From: Escherichia phage KKP 3715
Sequence record: OR067834.1
DNA length: 64,000 nt
Direction: 5' to 3' (one strand)
Under the pieces are notes generated by a model that saw only the letters and a program-made list of their open reading frames with translations, did not search any database and was not told the DNA's origin. The position numbers and the translations under genes were made by a program. This document shows positions 30,933 through 40,647 of this stretch, piece after piece. The stretch's first letter is position 1, and each line of letters begins with the position of its first letter.

Positions 30933-31382
30933 TTAACTACGTTTTAGGCCAGCGAACAGTGAAGGCTTCGCAGCAGGTTTCTCTGCTGGTTCTTCTGCCT
31001 TAACTTCCTCCTGCACAACTTCTTCTTGTGCTTCTGGTTCAGCTACTGCTTCTTCAGGTTCCGGCGTAGAACTCCCGTTCGGTCCACCAGTAGAGGTCTG
31101 GATTTCTTCCTCCTTTACCTCTTCTTCAGCTTCATCCTCAACAACCGGTTCCGGTTCTACCGGACGGTGTTTGGCTTCTTGGGGGTTCTTACGAGGACGG
31201 CGAGTCTTCTTCTCTACCACGGGGGGAGTGTCATCACTATGACCGACCTCTTCATTGATACCAATGGTGGCAGTACCATCTGCATTCACCAGGATATTAA
31301 TGTCCCCGGCAAGGTTAACTTGTTCATTTACATAAGCTTCAATAGCAGCTTCTACTTCAGACTGGTTCAGAACGATTTGCAT
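30933..31382 (-). CDS. acidic low-complexity protein (hypothetical)
   Basis: 149 aa: ~50-aa N-terminal domain, basic patch KKTRRPRKNPQEAKHRP, then an E/P/V/A-rich acidic tail. Confidence 0.45.
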   Translation of the reverse strand: MQIVLNQSEVEAAIEAYVNEQVNLAGDINILVNADGTATIGINEEVGHSDDTPPVVEKKTRRPRKNPQEAKHRPVEPEPVVEDEAEEEVKEEEIQTSTGGPNGSSTPEPEEAVAEPEAQEEVVQEEVKAEEPAEKPAAKPSLFAGLKRS

Positions 31383-31383
31383 A

Positions 31384-31938
31384 TTATGCCTTTATTAATT
31401 TAATGAGATTCTGGAAAGCTGGGAGATTTACCCCAGCGTGGATTGCACCGATTGCATCAGCTAAGTGCTCATTTTTATTCAGAAGTTTACCCTTCTTATC
31501 CGTGAGCCAGTTGGCTTCAGGATAGATGGCATGAGCAGCACGAATCATCGTGTCTTTGGATGCAGTTTTATCACCGACCAGTGCAAGTTTGTTTTCAATT
31601 GGGGATACTTCAAAGATTGGGCAACCCAATGCACGGAATGCACCGATTAGTCCTACGCATACACCATAGGACTTCATACCGTTAGCAGACTGAGAGCCTA
31701 CTGGTACTTCTACAAATACTGCTTTAGCAGACCGTAACCATTCCTCACAACCAAGAAACAAATCATGGGCAGCTTGTATATCTTTGGAGTTGGTTCGAAC
31801 TTGTTTGTTGTGGTCAACTTCAGTTTGAACCAGTTTAAGTTCGACCTGCTCAAAGACACCAGACTCAATGTCCAGCATCCCACGAGCTAATCCCCAATTG
31901 CGGAGGCTAATGTCTGCACCGACAATTGGGATTTTCAT
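31384..31938 (-). CDS. RuvC-like Holliday junction resolvase
   Basis: 184 aa; N-terminal KIPIVGADISLRNWG (acidic residue in a beta-strand) and C-terminal HLADAIGAIHAG resemble the RuvC/YqgF catalytic strands; start overlaps the upstream stop (TAATG). Confidence 0.5.
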   Translation of the reverse strand: MKIPIVGADISLRNWGLARGMLDIESGVFEQVELKLVQTEVDHNKQVRTNSKDIQAAHDLFLGCEEWLRSAKAVFVEVPVGSQSANGMKSYGVCVGLIGAFRALGCPIFEVSPIENKLALVGDKTASKDTMIRAAHAIYPEANWLTDKKGKLLNKNEHLADAIGAIHAGVNLPAFQNLIKLIKA

Positions 31939-32741
31939 TAACGTTTACCGAACAGAGATTTACCACCGGCTGGAGTAGTACCTGTGCCAGCACCTGCACC
32001 CGGTTTAGGAGGCAAGCCACCTTTACCATTACCACCAGCAGAACCCTTGGTCTTATCGCGGGTTTTACCTTTGTTCTTTTCCAGCCATGCTGCATAGAAT
32101 ACAGCCAGCTCTGGAGTCAGTTCTTTCTCAGCCTTCTCTGCTTCCTGAGCCTCGACGACTGTGACCAGCAGTTCCGGATGAAACACTTTCTGAATCTCGT
32201 TTACTTCACGAGTTTCGCCGGAGTCAACATAACCGTTGTCACCTTTAACCTGCTTAGCTTCCAGAACCTTTTCCAGAGCGAAGGTAACAGTCTGACCAAC
32301 CAGGTCAACTGGAACCATGACAGACTTATTGGTTTCAGCTTTCAGATCGAAGTCATAGACTTTAACAATCTTCTCTTCGAAGTCTGCATCCGGCAGTTCA
32401 CAACCAGTAGCCATAAGCATCATGTCATTAATGACAGTGTAACCAGGCAGGAAGTATTCTTTACCATTCTTCTCGTAAGTAGGCTTATTGCCTTTAGCAT
32501 TACCAGAGGTAAAGTACACCTGAGCACGGAACTCACCAGCATCATTGCCGTCAGAACCTTTCAGGTTTTCAATGATTAACTGCATCCAGTCTGCACCAGA
32601 GTCAGCTTTACCTACGTAAGCTACTTTTACAGTACCGGTGTAGATATCAGATTCTTTTGCACCGAAGCCACCACCACCAAGGGTGTCTTTTGCAGCTTCA
32701 ACGTTTTTGGTCTTTTCTTTCAAGTTACCGAACAGTGACAT
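31938..32741 (-). CDS. putative single-stranded DNA-binding protein (N4 SSB-like)
   Basis: 267 aa, Gly-rich N- and C-terminal tails, AGGAAA RBS; size and position next to the resolvase and ATPase match N4 SSB as recalled. Confidence 0.4.
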   Translation of the reverse strand: MSLFGNLKEKTKNVEAAKDTLGGGGFGAKESDIYTGTVKVAYVGKADSGADWMQLIIENLKGSDGNDAGEFRAQVYFTSGNAKGNKPTYEKNGKEYFLPGYTVINDMMLMATGCELPDADFEEKIVKVYDFDLKAETNKSVMVPVDLVGQTVTFALEKVLEAKQVKGDNGYVDSGETREVNEIQKVFHPELLVTVVEAQEAEKAEKELTPELAVFYAAWLEKNKGKTRDKTKGSAGGNGKGGLPPKPGAGAGTGTTPAGGKSLFGKR

Positions 32742-32781
32742 AATATTTTTCCTAATAAGTGATTAACAACCAGGCAAACGC

Positions 32782-33534
32782 TTAAGCGTAGTATTCAGCC
32801 AGATGGTCTAAGAGTTTCTGGGCATCATTGTCGATATAAGTCTGTGACTTATCAAACATACCCATCGGTGAGCGAAGACGTTTACCAACAGACTTCTTGG
32901 TTGGACGAGTCTGGAATACGTGCTTATAGCCTAAGTCACGTTCTTCTTCCGTAATATCAAGCATCTTGTTGCCATACTTCTCCAGTTCCTTAATGTCTAC
33001 ACGTTCTGCGTAAACCACTGTAGAGAAGTAAGCCTCAAGGCCATTGTTCTTCAGGGAACCCTTAACTGGGATGAATGTTTTCATCACACCAGCAGCTTCG
33101 TCGAGTTCATCTTTGGCATGAGCAGTAATGATTACTGGTTTACCAAACTTAACGACTTTCTGTTGCAACAGTATTTTAAAGAACTGTGCAAAGTCTCCCC
33201 AGGCTTTCTGGGTATTAGCAGAAGGCAATACATACTGGGATTCCAGCATGTCCATCATGAAGGTAGCAGAGTCGATAATGATGCCATCAACATCGTCTGC
33301 CATTTCACCACCAGGAGATGCAACATCAAATGCTTCCCAAATCTGATATGGGTCTTCAATGTTGTAGGTGTTGAACTTATTACGGAAAGGTAGACGCTTG
33401 CCTGCTTCTGTATTCAGATACAGCCATCGTTCCTGGTTCCGGATATTGCGCAGTGATGCTGATTTACCACTCGCTGAAAATCCTGCAATCAGGATTAGCT
33501 GAGTGTTCATATCGTTGGAGATTTCTTCGGACAT
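32782..33534 (-). CDS. P-loop ATPase (replication-associated, hypothetical)
   Basis: Walker A-like LILIAGFSASGKSAS near the N-terminus; 250 aa. Confidence 0.45.
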   Translation of the reverse strand: MSEEISNDMNTQLILIAGFSASGKSASLRNIRNQERWLYLNTEAGKRLPFRNKFNTYNIEDPYQIWEAFDVASPGGEMADDVDGIIIDSATFMMDMLESQYVLPSANTQKAWGDFAQFFKILLQQKVVKFGKPVIITAHAKDELDEAAGVMKTFIPVKGSLKNNGLEAYFSTVVYAERVDIKELEKYGNKMLDITEEERDLGYKHVFQTRPTKKSVGKRLRSPMGMFDKSQTYIDNDAQKLLDHLAEYYA

Positions 33535-33591
33535 TATTTTTTCCTCGTTTAGTTTAGGAGTCCTTCAAACCAAAGAAAGACTCCTGTTTTC

Positions 33592-35745
33592 TTACTTGCC
33601 AGCGAAGCGTTTAGCCACGGTGACCATTACGGTTGAATTCAATTCATCATCTGGTAATGGATTAGCCAGTTTCTTATTGAATGAGTAGACGGCTTGCTGT
33701 ACTTGAGCAAAGTCCCAACCACTGTCTACTAATGCCAGTGCGTACTTAATCATTTGATTATTACGATTACCGGAGGCAATACGACCAGCGAACCAACGCT
33801 CCAGATTGTCTAACGACTGTACTTCCTTCATCTGGTTCTGGAACTGCTCGTTCTTACTGGTACGAGGAATAAAGTCACGTACATCCAACAGATTCGCATC
33901 AAGGTTGTAATGATAGGAACCAGTCTCACAGGACATCCACTTCTTGGCTCGTTGGTTAGCAGACTCATCCGTTTCGAATGGTAGCCAAGCCATAACGTTA
34001 TTCATGAACTCTTTGTATTCCTCTGTGTCGAGGTGTAACTCATAGTTCATTGGAATAATCAGACGGAAGCGGTTCTCTTCGTCGGTATGACGCTTAGTGG
34101 TATAGGTCATGAACTTATATTCCTTCATTAGTTCATGGCACGTATGCAGAGGTACTCCACCGTCACAGTCAATAACAATCATGTTAAATCCTGGAATAAC
34201 GTTCTCTTCAGAACGATGTCCATTCTTCATGTGATGGTTTACCCAGTGCATACCGGGAGCTTGGGTTAATACATGTAGCTGGTCAAACGGTACACGTTCA
34301 CCAACATAGTCATAAGCAAAGCTATCACTATATGCCACTATCATCTCATTGGTGTCAGTCTCTTTCAGAGTCTCACCACGAAAGAACTCAATGCCCTCAT
34401 TGAAGGTTTTCTTAATAATGATGTGCTGTTTGTAACCCCATGCTGTAGCAAGAGTCATCATCTCATTACGAGCTGCATTACCACTCTTATAGAACGGTAA
34501 TGACTCCAGCAAGTCAGCATGAGTAACTTCTTTGCCCACAGAGGCAATGTACTTAGCCAGTTTCACATAGGCTTTCTCGCGATTGAGAATACCCTGGAAT
34601 GCTGCCCCGGATTCTTCTACGAGCAGGATTGCTTGTTTAAGGTGAGACATCTCAATGAATGAACTCTGATCAACAAACGCCAGTGCACCTGCCAGCTTAA
34701 GAGCCTTGAAGTAACGGTGAGAGATTTCAGCCTTACGAATTTCTTCATGGTCAGCCATAGCTTCTGCTTGTTTCTCACAATCAATTTTGTAAGTAATCAG
34801 AGCAATACCCACTGCATCTTCCACAATCATCTTAAAGCCAAACAGGTTTGGGTCAGCCAGACTATGGAAGTGGTTAGCCCACTTACCAAGAGACTGAACG
34901 TTATCCTGCTTAATAAGGTTACGGTAGATTTCTTCCGGGGTCATCGTTGCATGTGCTCGCTTGTCTAAGTGCCCAATGGCAAACAGACAACGACGTGCAT
35001 ACCCTGTATCAAGGAAGTCATAGAACTGGTCTTCAGTCTGCCCACCATCCAGCAACTTACTCGGAGTACCGAACAGCAGCAGGTTAGCAGGAGTCTTACC
35101 ATCCAGTTCTTCACCACGAATACTTTCAGCAGTGTTCTTGGTTAACTTCTGTTTTACTTTCCCCTGGTCATATAACTCAAGGAACAGGTTAAGCACTTCA
35201 ACGTTGGCAATGAGGTTGGAACCAATCTCATCAATCTGTAAGTTAATAGCACCACAACCAGCCATTAGCAGCTTGTGACGTAGCTGTTTTACAGCAGGTG
35301 CTGTACCAGAGTCGAATGTGAATGGGAATGCCCCAGCACGTTTATACTCTGCTTCAACTTTGTCGAACTCATCATTCTGGTCCGTACCCTGACGAGCAGC
35401 CCGTTCGTTAGCAATCTTCCATAAACGGTCATTTGCAATAACGGGCATGGTGTCTTCCATAAAACGCTTACGGAAGCCAGTCATAAACCCGTCTTCAATG
35501 ATATTTACCGAGTGACCTTTACCGAAACCAGATGTAGCCAACGCCATAGCGTAGATGTTTACCGGCAGGTCACCACGGTCTTTAGTTACGATGGTTGCAC
35601 CCATGCAGGATGCCATTTTAGCCAAGAAGTAGGCTACTTCGACACGGAAAAATCCCCGGTCGTTATTCTGGGTTTTATTGCAGAGCACATCTACGATTTC
35701 TTCAATCGCTGGATGGTGCACTACTCCGGTAAGGTCAATACTCAT
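33592..35745 (-). CDS. putative DNA primase / replication initiation protein
   Basis: 717 aa from the ATG at 35745, which overlaps the upstream stop as ATGA; large protein between nuclease and ATPase in the replication module. Primase function is inferred from position, not from a recognised motif. Confidence 0.35.
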   Translation of the reverse strand: MSIDLTGVVHHPAIEEIVDVLCNKTQNNDRGFFRVEVAYFLAKMASCMGATIVTKDRGDLPVNIYAMALATSGFGKGHSVNIIEDGFMTGFRKRFMEDTMPVIANDRLWKIANERAARQGTDQNDEFDKVEAEYKRAGAFPFTFDSGTAPAVKQLRHKLLMAGCGAINLQIDEIGSNLIANVEVLNLFLELYDQGKVKQKLTKNTAESIRGEELDGKTPANLLLFGTPSKLLDGGQTEDQFYDFLDTGYARRCLFAIGHLDKRAHATMTPEEIYRNLIKQDNVQSLGKWANHFHSLADPNLFGFKMIVEDAVGIALITYKIDCEKQAEAMADHEEIRKAEISHRYFKALKLAGALAFVDQSSFIEMSHLKQAILLVEESGAAFQGILNREKAYVKLAKYIASVGKEVTHADLLESLPFYKSGNAARNEMMTLATAWGYKQHIIIKKTFNEGIEFFRGETLKETDTNEMIVAYSDSFAYDYVGERVPFDQLHVLTQAPGMHWVNHHMKNGHRSEENVIPGFNMIVIDCDGGVPLHTCHELMKEYKFMTYTTKRHTDEENRFRLIIPMNYELHLDTEEYKEFMNNVMAWLPFETDESANQRAKKWMSCETGSYHYNLDANLLDVRDFIPRTSKNEQFQNQMKEVQSLDNLERWFAGRIASGNRNNQMIKYALALVDSGWDFAQVQQAVYSFNKKLANPLPDDELNSTVMVTVAKRFAGK

Positions 35746-36722
35746 GATGGAAAATATCTCTCTCTTTGTTTGCAAATAGATGCGACAGGGCAGTAAAGAC
35801 ATCTTTTAACCTGTCCCTCCACGACCTTGATAGCACCCTTGCCACCTTTTTCAGCCATGAAGATACGGGCAGATGCCATATCGTCAAAGTTTTTGGTACT
35901 TCTGGCTCCAGGTACATCTACCTTAGAAGCATCAGAGAAGTATTTGAACTGTGGCTCTGTTCGCCACAACTCCTCGTCAGTACATTCAGGGATTTCCTCT
36001 TCAGGTGCATCCCAGTACTTTTCGATTAGATGAATCTTCTCCTCTACCCAACGCTCAGTCTTCTCGACAGACAGTAACGGAATATCCTTATGCATAATAC
36101 GATTAGCAGGATAGTTCGGATTGCTGTTAGCCATGTGTTTCATGAAGTCGGTGAAGATGTAGTTAATACGAATTACATCCTCAGTAATGATGTCGTTGTG
36201 AATCCAACGGTATAAGCTGCCTTGCATCTTGTGTTCATCATCACGAGAACCAGCAACCCAGGAATAGGTTGAGGTAGACTTGAAGTCTTGCAACAGACCT
36301 TCTGTTACGATGTCGAATTTACCACCAATAGTCCATCCCCTAACCTGCTTGGTTCCACGTTGTTCAATGTAGATTGGGATAAGGTCAGGATTAGCAGCAA
36401 AGTCTGCTTTGGTTGGGTTAATGACTACTGCATCAATTACTCGCTGAGGATAACCCAGCTTCTTCAATGCAGTTTTATGACCTAGCTTCCAGGCTTTCTC
36501 GATAGAATCATGTAAGCCAGTACCCATTGATGTGGATACAAAATCCATAACATCAATAGACTGGTCACTAAAATCTACACGATGTTTCATGACGATTTGC
36601 TTAATGGGCTTAAGCAATGTAGTAGCAGACAGGTACTTAGGATTGTCTACGTAATCATACTCGTCATGTAATAGCCATACAGCCAGGGCTAGTGAGACAT
36701 CATGGTTGTTGGTTATTTTCAT
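35742..36722 (-). CDS. PD-(D/E)xK-type nuclease with C-terminal cysteine cluster (Cas4/RecB-like exonuclease)
   Basis: 326 aa; central GGKFDIVTEGLLQDFK (D...E.K-like) and C-terminal CLYCPVASIC typical of Fe-S nucleases; start overlaps the previous gene's stop. Confidence 0.35.
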   Translation of the reverse strand: MKITNNHDVSLALAVWLLHDEYDYVDNPKYLSATTLLKPIKQIVMKHRVDFSDQSIDVMDFVSTSMGTGLHDSIEKAWKLGHKTALKKLGYPQRVIDAVVINPTKADFAANPDLIPIYIEQRGTKQVRGWTIGGKFDIVTEGLLQDFKSTSTYSWVAGSRDDEHKMQGSLYRWIHNDIITEDVIRINYIFTDFMKHMANSNPNYPANRIMHKDIPLLSVEKTERWVEEKIHLIEKYWDAPEEEIPECTDEELWRTEPQFKYFSDASKVDVPGARSTKNFDDMASARIFMAEKGGKGAIKVVEGQVKRCLYCPVASICKQRERYFPS

Positions 36723-37216
36723 TAGTAGAAAATCCTATAACGGTAAACATCTGCCCAATCGATATGTAGTTCTCCCGGAAAGCATGTGTATGTTTTACAA
36801 TGGTTTTTGTACTCATACTCAATCTTCTTCCACTTACGCATGAAGGATGGTCTTTCATTACTGTAAACCCAATCGGTACAGGATTCTTCCAACGCAACTA
36901 CTTCACCACTACACACAGAGTTAAGGACATCTTTGACTACTGGATCCTCTGCTAACCTTTCTTTAGCGAGAATACGATTAGCGTAATGAACCAGCTTCTC
37001 ACATTCATACAGGGCTTTGTTACCTGGTTTACCATTACCCATACGGGCAGCAGCATTTCGCCATAGAGCTTTAAAGGCACAACCTTCATCGAAGGTCATG
37101 CCTAGTGCTTGGATAATATCCTCACACTCTGCTTGATATGGCTCTTGCTCTTTCCGTTGGGGATTCTTAATTGAAACTACATAGTAGTTATTAAGACCAC
37201 CGGAGAGCTTAGTCAT
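36722..37216 (-). CDS. hypothetical protein (Cys-rich)
   Basis: 164 aa; translationally coupled to neighbours. Confidence 0.4.
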   Translation of the reverse strand: MTKLSGGLNNYYVVSIKNPQRKEQEPYQAECEDIIQALGMTFDEGCAFKALWRNAAARMGNGKPGNKALYECEKLVHYANRILAKERLAEDPVVKDVLNSVCSGEVVALEESCTDWVYSNERPSFMRKWKKIEYEYKNHCKTYTCFPGELHIDWADVYRYRIFY

Positions 37217-37521
37217 TATTCCCCCTTGGGAATCATGTTTGCCTGGAACTCCGGTTCAGACATCAGACCCAGGTTGTTAATAGACAGATAAACAATGTCT
37301 TTCAGGTCAACCGAGGTGTCGAAACGCTGGTCCAGACTAATCTTCAGGGAATGATTGACACGGGCCAAATCTTTATAAGTCACATGAGGTTCGTCAGTGA
37401 GCAGCATTGTGTTCATGGTAAGCAGGGAACCATCATCGGCTTTAGGAAGCTGGAAGATTACCTGTGCTGCCACCATCCAATGATATTTTTTGACGACGGT
37501 TTCTTTAGTACTTTTAGTCAT
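37216..37521 (-). CDS. hypothetical protein
   Basis: 101 aa ORF directly downstream of the DNA polymerase gene. Confidence 0.4.
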   Translation of the reverse strand: MTKSTKETVVKKYHWMVAAQVIFQLPKADDGSLLTMNTMLLTDEPHVTYKDLARVNHSLKISLDQRFDTSVDLKDIVYLSINNLGLMSEPEFQANMIPKGE

Positions 37522-40097
37522 GCGAATGCCTTTTGAATTATTTGATGAACTTCTTCTGGGGTAGCGTGATTTGGAATCTCAATCTCGTTAGCCCACGTTG
37601 GGTAAAACAAGGATAGTTCCCCACCCAAACCAACTTCTGGATGAGCAATATCAGGATGGTCTTGCCAGTTAACGGCTTCAACCAAGTGCTTGTTCGTGTA
37701 CTGCAAGGTATCCATGTTGTCACGAATCATGAAGTACTGAGCATCATGAATGTGAATACTAGGACGTATATCTAACCTGAACTCACTGGCTCTGACTTTA
37801 CGCATAAATTCTGAACCAGCACGGTTATTCAGTAGACACCAGCTTTGCCCCAAGGCATTACCAGCAGTTCTACCTTCTGCTTCTGCTTCATATGGAGTCT
37901 TACATGTCCCACGTAATACCTGAGCCAGTAAAGGAGTACGCACTCTCAAACCAAATGCAGCAGTTACATAACCAGTCTTAGCAGCTTCGTCTAGTTTAGC
38001 CTGAACCCACATATCACTAACTACATAAAGGTCGTGATAACGTTTCTCTGTTGTCTTAGCTTTCTCTTCCGAGAAGCCACAGTTTTTCATCAAGCCCATA
38101 TACGTGCCACCATAGGTAAGCAAGAATGTTGGGGCTTTAGAATCACTACGCAAGTGCTTGTACTTTGTCTGAATAGAATTAATTGACTCAACCGTATCTA
38201 CAATGTCTGGCATCTGCTCACCAAAGTAAGCATACGCACGGAGACTATGCCCATCATAACCATCGGTATACACCTTAAGTTTCTGAGGGTCTTTCGTAGT
38301 CAATGCAGATATTCTGTCTTCCAGCGAGGCGAAGTCCAAACCGCAAAATATCCAGCCAGGAGGGGCTTCGAAGCATTTCTTAATCTTCTTGGCATATTTA
38401 GAACCGGATGGAATTGTTTGTAGATTTGGCTCTGAAGCCGATAGCCTACCGGAGACTGTGCCTCCCAGATTGAGGTTGCCGAATAGGTAGTGCCAGCCAT
38501 CTGGCCCCGGTTGGGCATTCCTGAAAGCTGGTATAAAACTAGTGATAATCTTATCCACGAGTTTATAGTCGATAAGTGCATTGAGCAGTTCCTTAACATC
38601 TTCACTCTGCGTATGTGTACGCAGTGCTTTAATAGTGTCACCGTCAGTAGCAGGTTGCTTGCTCTTAGTAAGACCAAGAACCGGTAAGCCAATATAATCA
38701 AATAACAGTTTCTGTAATTGTGGACCGGAGTTAGGATTAAACTCGATGTCACAATCAGCCAGAGTTACCTGCTTCTTCTTTAGCTTAGCATTCTTATCGT
38801 CTACCCATTCTTGACGAAGCATCAGGGTGAAGTTTTTCATGAGCTTAGACTCACGAATAGTTTTCAGAGCCTGGTTCCTGTCAGTTTCCATCTCTTCAGC
38901 TACTTGGTTAACGGTTTCCATATTCATGGGCATACCGGTTAACTGCATCTGAATAATGTCTTCACAGGCTGGTTTAAAGATGTTGTTGTAAACATCCAAT
39001 TGGTTATCAGCAATGAGAGTATCCCAGTGCTTCTCGTAGGTGTACCACGTACACAAACCATCAATGAGGTTGTAGCGTAGCAGTTGCTCATTAGGAATAA
39101 GACGAATGTCTTTAATATCATCCTGAGCATAGTTACCAGCATATTCCTGAGCCTGATCTTTCAGGCTAAGGTGATTGCCAGCACAACTGTTAGTAGCCAG
39201 GTAGGTGATTAACTTAGTACAGTCCCAATTACGTAGCATGATTTCCATGCCATGCAGTAAGCCTTCTGTATCAATCAGGTTATCCATGAATAACTGATAG
39301 ATAAGTATGTACACGTCATAGCTAATGTTGTGATACATCTGCCGTTGAGTGTACTTAATGAAGAACTCACGTAACAGGTTACGAACAACATCATTCCTGT
39401 TAATACGCCCATAAGGAGCTTCAGTAGCCCCCTTAATCGGCTCGTAGTCCACATTAAAGGCTATGCCTTGTGTCTTACTCCAACAGAACGTAATCGTTCC
39501 TATGCCTGCGTTATAGTGCTTTAAACCGAATGATTCGATGTCTATAGCCAGAGGCTTATTCATCTCAAGCAACTGGTCTAGCCAGGCTTTAATTTTTTCG
39601 GGTGTATCTGGATAGGCTTCAAACTCAATGATTCCCTGACCTGGTTCAGCATACTGTCCACGGATGTGGTTAAGTAATGCAACCATACCCTGAGCAATCT
39701 TGGCTTTTACTACAGGTGGGTCATAAAAGACCTGTCTGTAACTAGGTGTATAGATAACCTTCTGTTTACCCCATACTGAATCACAAACATAGCCGAGGTT
39801 AGCCTCTGCTTTAGCTTCTTTAGTCAGTATTTTAAAGTAGTCAGAATCGGTACAGATAATGTACTGAGTTTCTGCATCATCCAGTACTTGTTGCAGTTCC
39901 TGCTGTATGAACTCTTTAATCTCCCTTGCAGGAGTTTTCTTCTTACCTGGGGCAGAATGAAGTTCAAGGAAGATGAAGTCTTCCATGCTTAGGTCATAAG
40001 GCAGCAGGTAGGTTTTAATCATCTCCTCCCTTCGGATTTGATGACCGAGGATAGCAATAGGATACTTGCCAGTATCCTGAGAGGTGATGTAACGCAT
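37518..40097 (-). CDS. DNA polymerase, family A (Pol I-like) with 3'-5' exonuclease domain
   Basis: 859 aa; exo motif DIESFG; polymerase motif A DFASLEDRI, motif B RSDSKAPTFLLTYGG (K...YG), motif C IHIHDAQ; AAGG RBS. Confidence 0.85.
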   Translation of the reverse strand: MRYITSQDTGKYPIAILGHQIRREEMIKTYLLPYDLSMEDFIFLELHSAPGKKKTPAREIKEFIQQELQQVLDDAETQYIICTDSDYFKILTKEAKAEANLGYVCDSVWGKQKVIYTPSYRQVFYDPPVVKAKIAQGMVALLNHIRGQYAEPGQGIIEFEAYPDTPEKIKAWLDQLLEMNKPLAIDIESFGLKHYNAGIGTITFCWSKTQGIAFNVDYEPIKGATEAPYGRINRNDVVRNLLREFFIKYTQRQMYHNISYDVYILIYQLFMDNLIDTEGLLHGMEIMLRNWDCTKLITYLATNSCAGNHLSLKDQAQEYAGNYAQDDIKDIRLIPNEQLLRYNLIDGLCTWYTYEKHWDTLIADNQLDVYNNIFKPACEDIIQMQLTGMPMNMETVNQVAEEMETDRNQALKTIRESKLMKNFTLMLRQEWVDDKNAKLKKKQVTLADCDIEFNPNSGPQLQKLLFDYIGLPVLGLTKSKQPATDGDTIKALRTHTQSEDVKELLNALIDYKLVDKIITSFIPAFRNAQPGPDGWHYLFGNLNLGGTVSGRLSASEPNLQTIPSGSKYAKKIKKCFEAPPGWIFCGLDFASLEDRISALTTKDPQKLKVYTDGYDGHSLRAYAYFGEQMPDIVDTVESINSIQTKYKHLRSDSKAPTFLLTYGGTYMGLMKNCGFSEEKAKTTEKRYHDLYVVSDMWVQAKLDEAAKTGYVTAAFGLRVRTPLLAQVLRGTCKTPYEAEAEGRTAGNALGQSWCLLNNRAGSEFMRKVRASEFRLDIRPSIHIHDAQYFMIRDNMDTLQYTNKHLVEAVNWQDHPDIAHPEVGLGGELSLFYPTWANEIEIPNHATPEEVHQIIQKAFA

Positions 40098-40106
40098 AGC
40101 TTTACC

Positions 40107-40637
40107 TTAGAAAATCAGATGGGAAGCTGCATAGTACTCAATAGAAGGTAGAATCTTCTCATACTGTTTAATTGCCATAGCATCACCAGCAAGAGTCCAT
40201 GCTGCTTCACGAGTACGTGGTAGTCCTTTGTACTGACCAGTCTGGTCTTGTGCTACCAGACATTCAGGTAAAGCATCACGTACATCCTGATAGGACATAC
40301 AACCACGAACCAGGCGATATACAGTCTGGTTCACAAGGTGTACTTCCATAATCAGACGGCTGGAGGCTTTCAGATACTTGTCCATTGCAGGCCAAAGTTC
40401 TGGGTTAAGTGTTAATCGTTCACCGTAGGTTGGGGGTCTGGTAGCATTAGAACGCTGATAGAATTCCCCTTGGTGAAGGAATCCAGCCGATACATCCACA
40501 CCATTGATACGGTCATTCTTATCAATGATACCGTTTAACACACCATCAAGACGAACCAGTTCTGCTAAGAACAGATGCTTGACTATCTCACTGCTATTGG
40601 CAACTTGACCAATAGTCGCTGAACCAATCTGAGGCAT
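40107..40637 (-). CDS. hypothetical protein
   Basis: 176 aa ORF between helicase and polymerase. Confidence 0.4.
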   Translation of the reverse strand: MPQIGSATIGQVANSSEIVKHLFLAELVRLDGVLNGIIDKNDRINGVDVSAGFLHQGEFYQRSNATRPPTYGERLTLNPELWPAMDKYLKASSRLIMEVHLVNQTVYRLVRGCMSYQDVRDALPECLVAQDQTGQYKGLPRTREAAWTLAGDAMAIKQYEKILPSIEYYAASHLIF

Positions 40638-40647
40638 ATACCCTCCC

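Noticed and set aside
31926-32579. 217-codon + strand ORF
   Set aside because: Antisense to the SSB-like gene inside a uniformly - strand operon; Phe/Leu/Ser-rich product typical of antisense translation; no RBS.
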